Of a stretch of DNA of 32,000 nt, positions 16,848-24,417 are shown in pieces (position 1 is the stretch's first letter; the number at the start of each line of letters is the position of its first letter). The notes beneath the pieces were generated by a model. It searched no databases, was not told the origin of the DNA, and saw only the letters and a program-made list of their open reading frames with translations. The translations under genes and the position numbers were made by a program. The DNA comes from an uncultured archaeon (GTDB lineage Archaea; Asgardarchaeota; Thorarchaeia; Thorarchaeales; Thorarchaeaceae), in contig CAZYLT010000003.1 in assembly GCA_964648855.1 (NCBI GenBank), positions 150,001-182,000 of the forward strand, in the 5' to 3' direction.

Positions 16848-18308
16848 ATGAGTGAAGAAACTAAGGGAGAATTCAGGAAAGAGAGCGATCTCCTTGGAGT
16901 AAGAGAGATCCCTGGTGACGCTTATTGGGGCGTACAAACCCTTCGAGCAAAGGAGAACTTCGGCGTATCCTTAGTCATGCTTGAACGGTATACAACATTA
17001 ATTCAAGCTATAGCAATGGTCAAGAAGGCATGTACGAAGGCGAATCGAGAGCTAGGGCATTTGAAGGAGGAATTCTCGGACGCGATATGTCAAGCGTGCG
17101 ATGAAATAATCGACGAGCAATTTCATGATCAATTCATTGTAGATATGTTGCAGGGAGGAGCAGGAACATCATCGAATATGAACGCAAACGAGGTTATTGC
17201 TTCGCGAGCAAATGAGATATTGGGTCATTCAAGAAATACACAGTATCCCATTCATGCAAATGACCACGTGAACATGAGCCAATCAACAAACGATGTGTAT
17301 CCAACTGCCATCAAGATTGCCACCATATATGGAATGCGAGATCTAAGTAATGCACTAGAGAAGCTCATAATTGCATTGGATGCGAAAGCCGAAGAATTTA
17401 GTGATACATTGAAACTTGGACGAACGGAGATGCAGGATGCCGTGCCGATAACTCTAGGTCAGGAATTTGGAGCATGGTCCGGGGCATTGAAGCGCGACCT
17501 CCTCCGAATCGGACTAGCAATGGATGTTCTAAAGACGCATAACATAGGCGCGACAGCTATTGGAACATCACTGAATGCCGACCCCGAATATATTGAACTT
17601 GCGGAAAGACACCTCCGAGACGTAACGGGACTGCAGGACATGAAAACATCGGAGAACCTAATCGATGATACTCAAAACTCTGATGAATTTGTACATGCTT
17701 CAGGATTGTTGAGAGTGCTCGCAGTGAATTTAGCGAAGATAAGTGGAGATTTGATTCTGTTGTCATCTGGCCCTATTGGAGGCTTCCATGAGATAGTCTT
17801 GCCCGCCGTTCAGCCTGGCTCAAGCATAATGCCTGGTAAGGTCAATCCAGTGATTCCTGAGATGATATCCCAGGTTGCTTTCCAAGTCGTTGGACATGAT
17901 TCCACCATTACTATGGCCGCACAGGAGGGACAATTGGAATTGAATGCATATGACCCGGTCATCGCCTACAACTTCTTCCAAGCACTGAAGATCCTCAGGA
18001 ACTCAATTCCCATATTTGCAGAGAAATGCATCAAGGGCATTCAACCCAATGAAGAGGGGCTCAAGGTGGTAGAAAAGAGTGTAGGTCTTGCCACTGCACT
18101 TAATCCTGTATTAGGTTACGAAAAATCAAGCAAAATCGCTCAGGAGGCTCTCAGAACGGGCAAGACTGTAAAGGAAATTGTGTTAGAATGGGGTCTCATT
18201 GATGAAGATCGACTTGATAGACTACTATCACCGAAAAGGATGACTAGTCCTGTAGATAGCCTGGACTATGATAAGAAAACAGCTGACAGGACTAAAAAGG
18301 GAGCGTGA
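16848..18308 (+). CDS. aspA: Aspartate ammonia-lyase (fumarase/aspartase superfamily)
   Basis: GVQTLRA.ENF, QGGAGTSSNMNANEV, HVNMSQSTNDVYPT, GRTEMQDA, GSSIMPGKVNP. Confidence 0.93.
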   Translation: MSEETKGEFRKESDLLGVREIPGDAYWGVQTLRAKENFGVSLVMLERYTTLIQAIAMVKKACTKANRELGHLKEEFSDAICQACDEIIDEQFHDQFIVDMLQGGAGTSSNMNANEVIASRANEILGHSRNTQYPIHANDHVNMSQSTNDVYPTAIKIATIYGMRDLSNALEKLIIALDAKAEEFSDTLKLGRTEMQDAVPITLGQEFGAWSGALKRDLLRIGLAMDVLKTHNIGATAIGTSLNADPEYIELAERHLRDVTGLQDMKTSENLIDDTQNSDEFVHASGLLRVLAVNLAKISGDLILLSSGPIGGFHEIVLPAVQPGSSIMPGKVNPVIPEMISQVAFQVVGHDSTITMAAQEGQLELNAYDPVIAYNFFQALKILRNSIPIFAEKCIKGIQPNEEGLKVVEKSVGLATALNPVLGYEKSSKIAQEALRTGKTVKEIVLEWGLIDEDRLDRLLSPKRMTSPVDSLDYDKKTADRTKKGA

Positions 18309-18314
18309 TGATGA

Positions 18315-18767
18315 ATGACGATTGATGAACCACTACGTTCGAAACTAAGCAACATTCTCAGAAACCAAAGAATTGCAGTCTTGGGTGTATCAAGAAACGA
18401 TGATCCTTACTCCTGTCTTGTGGCTTTTGTGGCGACCGAAGACTTGCGAAATCTGATATTCGCAACAATGAGAGCTCGGAAAAAATATCGTTACATGGAG
18501 GCCAACCCGCGAGTAAGCCTCATGATAGACAATCGAGAACACAAGCCAACCGATTATACGGATACTACTTCGATAACAGTTGTTGGAACTGCCCAAGAAA
18601 TAAGGGATACAGAAAGAAGTGACTATGCTGCTCTTCTGCTTCGAAAACATCCTGCGTTGACGGACTTCGTGGAGTCAGAGGATGCAGCAATAATGGAAGT
18701 ACAAGTAAGGGACATGTATGTGGTAGATAACTTCGAGTCAGTAAAGAAAATATCATTTGACAACTAA
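18315..18767 (+). CDS. Pyridoxamine 5'-phosphate oxidase-like FMN-binding split-barrel protein
   Basis: PYSCLVAF, IFAT...RKKY....NPRVSLMID, VVGTA. Confidence 0.85.
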   Translation: MTIDEPLRSKLSNILRNQRIAVLGVSRNDDPYSCLVAFVATEDLRNLIFATMRARKKYRYMEANPRVSLMIDNREHKPTDYTDTTSITVVGTAQEIRDTERSDYAALLLRKHPALTDFVESEDAAIMEVQVRDMYVVDNFESVKKISFDN

Positions 18768-18797
18768 AAAGAAAGGAAAGTGCGGGTGGTTACCCGC
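18766..18797 (-). terminator. Hairpin + pyrimidine tract after the Dps-like gene
   Basis: GCGGGT/ACCCGC stem (18782-18797), then ACTTTCCTTTCTTTTT on the minus strand. Confidence 0.6.
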
Positions 18798-18811
18798 CAT
18801 CTCTATTCCGA

Positions 18812-19309
18812 TTAGACTCGGCTCTTCATTACTTCAATGTCTTCCTTGAGTGCTTCAAGGTCTTCTTCATGCTCAATCTCGTCAGTCATGATTTCCCGAG
18901 CCATTTCCCAAGTTACTGGGTCTTTTCCTTCGGTCATCTTCATGATTTTGACGTAAACGTCAATAGCACATCTCTCTGCCTCAATGTTCTGGTCCAATAT
19001 CACCGGCACTGCGGGATCATCGGGTGTTGCGTATTCGCAGTTATTCATTTTGTGCCATTCTTCTGGATTGAGGATTGGTGTCCCCCCCAGAGTAATGATT
19101 CTCTCAGCGAGCATATCCGCATGACGGAGTTCATCAGTTGCGTGTTCAATCAGTTCTGCTTCAACAGCGCCACGCATTGGCCCTACAAGAACCTTTGAGC
19201 CGACCCAGTATTGGTAGTACGCCAGCCATTCATCTGCTAATGCTTTATTGAGTTGCTTCAGTAAGCTATCTACATCTAAATCTACAATTTCTTTCGCTCT
19301 TTTTCCCAT
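18812..19309 (-). CDS. dps: Ferritin-like DPS-like (DPSL/bacterioferritin-related) protein
   Basis: ALADEWLAYYQYW, DELRHA, RI..LGG, AERCAI..Y, DEIEHE di-iron motifs; Cys pair (NNCEY, ERCAI). Confidence 0.92.
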   Translation of the reverse strand: MGKRAKEIVDLDVDSLLKQLNKALADEWLAYYQYWVGSKVLVGPMRGAVEAELIEHATDELRHADMLAERIITLGGTPILNPEEWHKMNNCEYATPDDPAVPVILDQNIEAERCAIDVYVKIMKMTEGKDPVTWEMAREIMTDEIEHEEDLEALKEDIEVMKSRV

Positions 19310-19346
19310 TGCTCTTCACCTAAATATCTAAGACGTTCTCGATAAT

Positions 19347-19370
19347 AACTCAATTTGTAAAATATGAGTT
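19347..19370. promoter_or_regulatory. Inverted repeat (candidate operator) upstream of the Dps-like gene
   Basis: AACTCA-N12-TGAGTT between the TATA box (19412-19420) and the start codon (19309). Confidence 0.4.
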
Positions 19371-19411
19371 TTAGTCTACAGCCTTATTCACTCCATCAAG
19401 CTCATCAATCC

Positions 19412-19420
19412 TTTATATAA
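19412..19420. promoter_or_regulatory. TATA box readable in both directions
   Basis: TTTATATAA on +, TTATATAAA on -. Confidence 0.6.
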
Positions 19421-19440
19421 CCTCGCAAATGCCAGATTGA

Positions 19441-19712
19441 GGCTGCTTAGTGCGCCAAAAGAAGAATTGGGGCACTCATATGCTGAAAAACGATTTGTGG
19501 TTGGTTCCCTCTACTTGAACACTCGGAAAGAGCAAGCATGAGTGCCCCGTGGGTCTGTTGAAAACAACAGAACCCAGCTCTTGGTTAGTACTTTCGTCCC
19601 ATCTCTCTCATATTTCCGAGTATGAAATCTATCACAGAAGCGTAACTTCACTCTTCTTGTGTTTCCTTGTACACATAGGAGGGAGGGGGAAAATTCAATG
19701 GCCCTCCTCTAT
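19441..19712 (+). ncRNA. Candidate structured non-coding RNA of unknown family
   Basis: Several long complementary segments (see findings), G-U pairs favouring the + strand, TATA about 25 nt upstream, no convincing ORF. Ends are approximate. Confidence 0.5.
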
Positions 19713-19732
19713 TGTCCTGTTGGACCTATCAG

Positions 19733-20686
19733 CTATAGTCTGCTGTGGCGGATTAAGCCGGAACAAGCGTAATTTTTCAGTCCTTCCTTTTCCAGCTCAT
19801 CTAGTATCAAGTTCATACCAATCGAGTCAGAGCTATGATGCCCAGCTATGACCACATAGATGCCCTCCTTTTCGCATTCTTTCTTCAGTTTCTTTGACAA
19901 ATGCATTGATATGATTGTGCTTACTCCAGCTCTTGCAAGCTTTTGGATGGCATCTGGTCCCGGTGATGTACCGCCTGTGAAGAAAACGAACTTCTCTCCT
20001 ACACTGCCCGAGGAACTGCCAACAAGGATTTCAGGTCCTGCGCCAACTCTCTGCGCTCCCTGATATTCAGGTATCTCAAGCAGAGTGTCAACAAGATCTC
20101 CTAAAGTGTAGGGTTCCTTTTCCTCAAGATACTCTCTCAGAAATTGATATCCTATCGAATCCGCAGGGGTATGGGCGCACATGAAAGGAATATCTAGCAA
20201 CCTTGCAGAGTCTATCGTTTGGGTGTGATTCCTGGCCTTAGTTGCAAAATGAACCTCTTTTAGTCGGGAAGCCATCGCTGATTCCGCTTGAGCGATTGGA
20301 ACACCAATCTTTGCCCAATGTTCAGGCTGCAGCTTCATCACAAAATCAAGATTTGAACTACCGATGCCATGCGGATGATGGGCAAGGACCAAGTCGATAG
20401 TTTCTCCCTTCTGCTTGAGCCGATCTGCCAACAGAATCTCTCCCGGCGTGATATCGATGCCGGCGAGGATTCCATTTGCCTCCCTATCTTCGTCGCCATT
20501 AAGCAATCTGCAATCCGTGTAGGGGTTCCAGGCGGCGTCCTTATCAGCCAAATCTGCCTTTATCCCATCCAGACTGTCCAATTCTTCTTTTGACTTCTCA
20601 AGAACTCTTTCTACCTTGTCTTTGCCTCGGGGATCAGCGTCAATCCCCATTTGCACGATTCGTCTGTAAATTTCGCCGATCTTCAT
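19733..20686 (-). CDS. NIF3-like dinuclear metal-binding protein (NGG1p-interacting factor family)
   Basis: GID, LAHHPHG, CAHTPAD, SMH and IAGHHSSDSIGMN metal-ligand motifs. Confidence 0.88.
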   Translation of the reverse strand: MKIGEIYRRIVQMGIDADPRGKDKVERVLEKSKEELDSLDGIKADLADKDAAWNPYTDCRLLNGDEDREANGILAGIDITPGEILLADRLKQKGETIDLVLAHHPHGIGSSNLDFVMKLQPEHWAKIGVPIAQAESAMASRLKEVHFATKARNHTQTIDSARLLDIPFMCAHTPADSIGYQFLREYLEEKEPYTLGDLVDTLLEIPEYQGAQRVGAGPEILVGSSSGSVGEKFVFFTGGTSPGPDAIQKLARAGVSTIISMHLSKKLKKECEKEGIYVVIAGHHSSDSIGMNLILDELEKEGLKNYACSGLIRHSRL

Positions 20687-20795
20687 GAATTGGACGATAC
20701 CCTACTCTAGAATGAAGCTTTCGTTCTCGGCTTCTCAAGACTTATCAACAGGATTGCCGATTGCTGTAGTCAATAGATTGGAAGTGTTTCTCTCA

Positions 20796-21647
20796 ATGAC
20801 AGATGATGAACGTAAAGTCGGACCTACATACCGAATCCTCTCTCAAGACCTTCATGCAACTGACCTGCATGGAGAAGAGATTGGAATACGGCAGCATGAA
20901 CTGTGGAGGTCGAAAAGTCGACAGTTCTCCTCAGATGCAGAAATAATTGGTCAAATCAAAGAAACTGAGCGCGACAATCCGGAAGAGAATCTCCCAAAAA
21001 AGGAGGAGACTGGGTTCATTATCCGTCGAGAATCTCTGTGGTCAAAGCTCGATGACGAGCTTGAGCGAAGGCTGGTTGCCAAACTCTTCACGAATAGCGG
21101 TAGTTGGTTTGCCACTATTGAAGAAATGGTTGCTGAGGAATTGGCGAACAGCTATGCATCAGATGAACCTCTTATGTCATTCTGTGTCATTACGGATGAC
21201 AATGAGTACCTGACACATATCAGACAGATGAAGCGGGGCAGAATCGCAACAGAGAATTTCGGATTCTTCATTCTAGGACCTGATAACTCATTTCAAGTCT
21301 TCAGAATTGAGGGGATTCGTGCCTCTGCAGGCGATGATTACAGAGTTATCAGTCTGTCAGAGAACCAAGAAGTGGCAAGAATTGATTCCAGGTTTGGGGA
21401 TGTGGGAGGCGAATTCGAGGTTCTGGTCAAAGACCCAATCCTGGCGAATAACAGGTGGTTTTGTCGGGTTCTTCAATGCTTCTCTGTAGTGATAAAGCAT
21501 AGAATGGATATCAAGTCAAAGATAGATGAGATTCTGAAATCTTGGAGAGATGGAGAAAGAGTAATCCAACAACATAGATTTGAAGTGAGTCTGCTTGGAA
21601 ATCCGAGAAAACTAACACTCAGCAGAGAAGAGTTCGAAGAAATCTAA
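20796..21647 (+). CDS. Hypothetical protein, possible Tubby-C/LURP1/scramblase-like fold
   Basis: Likely start ATG 20796, since the track start 20685 overlaps the divergent gene. Pattern FRIEG.....DDYRVI......VARID......GEFEV.V.D followed by a hydrophobic helix. Confidence 0.65.
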   Translation: MTDDERKVGPTYRILSQDLHATDLHGEEIGIRQHELWRSKSRQFSSDAEIIGQIKETERDNPEENLPKKEETGFIIRRESLWSKLDDELERRLVAKLFTNSGSWFATIEEMVAEELANSYASDEPLMSFCVITDDNEYLTHIRQMKRGRIATENFGFFILGPDNSFQVFRIEGIRASAGDDYRVISLSENQEVARIDSRFGDVGGEFEVLVKDPILANNRWFCRVLQCFSVVIKHRMDIKSKIDEILKSWRDGERVIQQHRFEVSLLGNPRKLTLSREEFEEI

Positions 21648-21726
21648 TTGGCAAGCTGTTTAGGGCAGTCTGCAAATGTGAATACCCTGAACACGGGCCA
21701 ATATTGCACAAAAAACCCAACCAGTG

Positions 21727-21742
21727 TGGAAATCAGTTTCCA
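21727..21742. promoter_or_regulatory. Palindrome upstream of the surface-protein gene promoter
   Basis: TGGAAA-TCAG-TTTCCA about 20 nt upstream of TATA-like GTTAAAA. Confidence 0.35.
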
Positions 21743-21807
21743 ATTAGCAACCCCAGTAAATGTTAAAACCATGTGAGCCTATTCACTAGGAGAGGTGCGC
21801 GCCGAAT

Positions 21808-24183
21808 ATGCTCGCAAGTTGGAGGAGATTTGCCCTAACAATACTAGTAATTTATGTAATCCTAGCTGGACCTGCGTTCATGCTAGTCAACGCTCAATAT
21901 GTTTCTCAAGTTGAAGAAGTCTATAGACAAGACATTCCAACCACTGAAAATGGTCATGCCTACCTATTCGCAGAAGGCCCGGGTCAATTTGTCGATGATC
22001 CTCAATTCTTGATTCACGATGAGGATATAGATTATAATGGCTTCAGTTATCAAAAAAATAGCTGGACTTTTACAACTGGCTCGCGTGAGGGTCCTGCAAC
22101 TCGTTGGTTCAATTTTGTAAGCGATAACACAGCATCATGGGGTTGGCTTAACGACGGAGCATACCTTCCACGATTCTGGGAGTTTGTGAATACCACCAAT
22201 GAGTTATCTCTGGAGGCTGAAGAAGTCATACATAGATTTCCACTCGCCATTGGCGGAGATACCAGTTTAGCAATGAAATCAGGTCACAGTTACTATGGCA
22301 CATTCAATGTCACAACTGAGGAATTCTTCCATCTAACGCTAGTGCCGTTACAGGATGGTGTGGAGATGTTCTATCATATCGTTGACAGTCAAGGAAGGTC
22401 GCTTGCTGAGGACTCGTTTAGTAACGGCAATGTTGTAGTCGTCCCATTTCTGCCTTCGGGAGAAGGAATGCATACCTTGATTCTATTTGCTGATGCAACT
22501 ACCTCTGGCCCAGTTGCCATAGACATGAATCTGGAAGCAGTGACTCCTCAGGTAATCGAATATGGACAGTTGTACCGAGATACAATGCCAGGTAGTGAAT
22601 GGGTCGTTGATGAGGACGGGAGTATCATCCAGGATGAAAAGGTGCCGTATGCTAAGACCTACAAATTTTCGTCTAATCTGACTCACCCAGGACGAATACA
22701 ATACGCATTCAATTATCCAGAGATTTTTCCACCACATGATACTTATGATCCATACGTTGTGTTGACATCAGAGTTGTTTGAACCTGGCACTCTAGGTACA
22801 AGGGATTCTTACGAATCGTCGCTTGGAGGATTGACCTATTACTACCTGTCCACGGCCAATGAGTCATACTATGCAACTTTCATAGGCATGGATAATGTCG
22901 ACTACTATGTCACCAATGAAATGCCTCTTGTTCCTAGTCTCCCTGTCAACCAAAAGTTTTACGTTGAGAACAAGTTGGCAGGAGATGAGAAACGTGCATA
23001 TATTCTGAACCTAGGCCAGGACTCAATTCTACGGATGAACCATTCCTCAGAGGTTAATGGTGGATATGATTGGGATATTAGGACTGCAGACAACAACATG
23101 CGCCGCCTAGATAGGTCTGTATCTTCAAATAGCGTATTTGAGGACGCTTCAATATACTATCTCCCTGCAGGAACATACCTTGTAGAAGGCGACGCAAATG
23201 GTAATGATGCAAGTGGATTCTATCAATTCAATCTAGGTCCAGTAATTGAGGGGGCTGGTGCAGTCGCCATTGATGCGAGCTCACTTACAGGAGTCAGAGT
23301 TGCAACAAATCCTCTTACATTCTACAGAATGAATTTGACTCTGATTGAGCAGAACAATGTTACTGTTGAGGCGGATATCTATATATTCAATCAATATGGC
23401 GGTACTGTCTTTACAGCTAATACAGAACTTGGAAACAGGCAAGATGGCGTATCATGGCATGCTTATGGACAAAACAGAAGCTCCTATGAGCTTGGTTTGG
23501 ATACATCAAGCTACTCCATGTTCTGCAATGGATCAGCTATCATTGCTATATCACCATATGAGGTTTTGAACAATACAGCTGGACCTGCCGGCAACGAGTA
23601 TCATGAATATACCGTGGACTATGACCTAACCTTTGAAGAATTTGGGGCTGGCATAGTCAATGCAACCAATGTGGCTAATCTTGGCAGCTCAGCAATCTGG
23701 AGCAACTTCACTCTCGGAGACCCGGGCGATGCTTCTGAGCTATATGTTGTCCGGCTATCTGCCCCGAAAGGAGTTTGGATGAACTTCTCAGTCTATGCAG
23801 AAGACGTAACATCTTGGACCACCTATGCCTACCAAGATATTGATGGTTGTCCACAGCGTCTGAGCTGGTCCTATTTGGATGATACGTTTGTAGGGTCAAC
23901 TGCCAGCGAGGCATCTTTCCAGATGGGTAGCATAAGTGATGATATCCTCATTGCCTTCAAGGTCCAACGTGACCTTGCTGATGAAGGCAGTTTGGATATT
24001 CAGATATCCCCATTTGAGACCACCAACTTTGAACATCCACCACCCGTCAAATACCACGGTGGAGCTGGAGCAGCAGTGCCTATTGGCGGAGATTGGCTCT
24101 TGATTGGCGCGGGTGTTGCGGTTGTGGCAGTAGTCGTTGTTGTAGCAGTCTACTACTTCAAAAAGCGTGGACGAACAATGTAG
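21808..24183 (+). CDS. Secreted, C-terminally membrane-anchored beta-rich surface glycoprotein
   Basis: Signal peptide (RRFALTILVIYVILAG), beta-sandwich/PPC-like segments (YLPAGTYLV), many N-X-S/T sequons, C-terminal TM + KKRGR; SD GGAGAGGTG. Confidence 0.85.
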   Translation: MLASWRRFALTILVIYVILAGPAFMLVNAQYVSQVEEVYRQDIPTTENGHAYLFAEGPGQFVDDPQFLIHDEDIDYNGFSYQKNSWTFTTGSREGPATRWFNFVSDNTASWGWLNDGAYLPRFWEFVNTTNELSLEAEEVIHRFPLAIGGDTSLAMKSGHSYYGTFNVTTEEFFHLTLVPLQDGVEMFYHIVDSQGRSLAEDSFSNGNVVVVPFLPSGEGMHTLILFADATTSGPVAIDMNLEAVTPQVIEYGQLYRDTMPGSEWVVDEDGSIIQDEKVPYAKTYKFSSNLTHPGRIQYAFNYPEIFPPHDTYDPYVVLTSELFEPGTLGTRDSYESSLGGLTYYYLSTANESYYATFIGMDNVDYYVTNEMPLVPSLPVNQKFYVENKLAGDEKRAYILNLGQDSILRMNHSSEVNGGYDWDIRTADNNMRRLDRSVSSNSVFEDASIYYLPAGTYLVEGDANGNDASGFYQFNLGPVIEGAGAVAIDASSLTGVRVATNPLTFYRMNLTLIEQNNVTVEADIYIFNQYGGTVFTANTELGNRQDGVSWHAYGQNRSSYELGLDTSSYSMFCNGSAIIAISPYEVLNNTAGPAGNEYHEYTVDYDLTFEEFGAGIVNATNVANLGSSAIWSNFTLGDPGDASELYVVRLSAPKGVWMNFSVYAEDVTSWTTYAYQDIDGCPQRLSWSYLDDTFVGSTASEASFQMGSISDDILIAFKVQRDLADEGSLDIQISPFETTNFEHPPPVKYHGGAGAAVPIGGDWLLIGAGVAVVAVVVVVAVYYFKKRGRTM

Positions 24184-24218
24184 ATGGGCTCTTAAAGCCC
24201 GTCCCCCCTTTCTTTTTT
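24183..24218 (+). terminator. Hairpin + T tract
   Basis: GATGGGCT/AGCCCGTC stem (one G-U on +), then TTTCTTTTTT. Confidence 0.65.
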
Positions 24219-24365
24219 CGCCTTCGAGAAAGTTGTACTTTGAAAATTCGAGAACCAATGATGAATTTTTCTCTCAAAACCATTTTTCGTGATTTTCCGA
24301 ATATTGAGTAATCGTCGTATAAGCTCTCTGCGTATAGTGTTCCATGTCAACCGTTATTTGAATTC

Positions 24366-24408
24366 AAAAAAGAGAGTTAAGAGGACCGTAGTACTGTTAC
24401 GGGCCTCT
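24366..24408 (-). terminator. Hairpin + T tract after the first beta-helix gene
   Basis: AGAGG-C-CCGTA...TACGG-T-CCTCT, then AACTCTCTTTTTT on the minus strand. Confidence 0.55.
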
Positions 24409-24417
24409 GTTTTGTTA

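Noticed and set aside
19441-19712. Assignment of the structured region to SRP RNA, RNase P RNA, hammerhead ribozyme, SECIS or tRNA
   Set aside because: No SRP helix-8 motif, no RNase P GAGGAA-type P4 strand, GGACGAAA on the minus strand has no CUGAUGA partner, no AUGA/GA core in the right geometry, and no cloverleaf or TTCGA arm.
19549-19851. 100-aa + strand ORF
   Set aside because: Atypical composition, overlaps the NIF3-like gene antisense, no SD; the region is better explained by RNA structure.
20685-20795. N-terminal extension of the 320-aa ORF
   Set aside because: It would overlap the divergent NIF3-like start and leave no promoter space; ATG 20796 is more plausible.
24219-24365. AT-rich gap with TTCGAGAA twice, considered as a CRISPR or IS remnant
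   Set aside because: Only two 8-bp copies, with no repeat-spacer periodicity or terminal inverted repeats.
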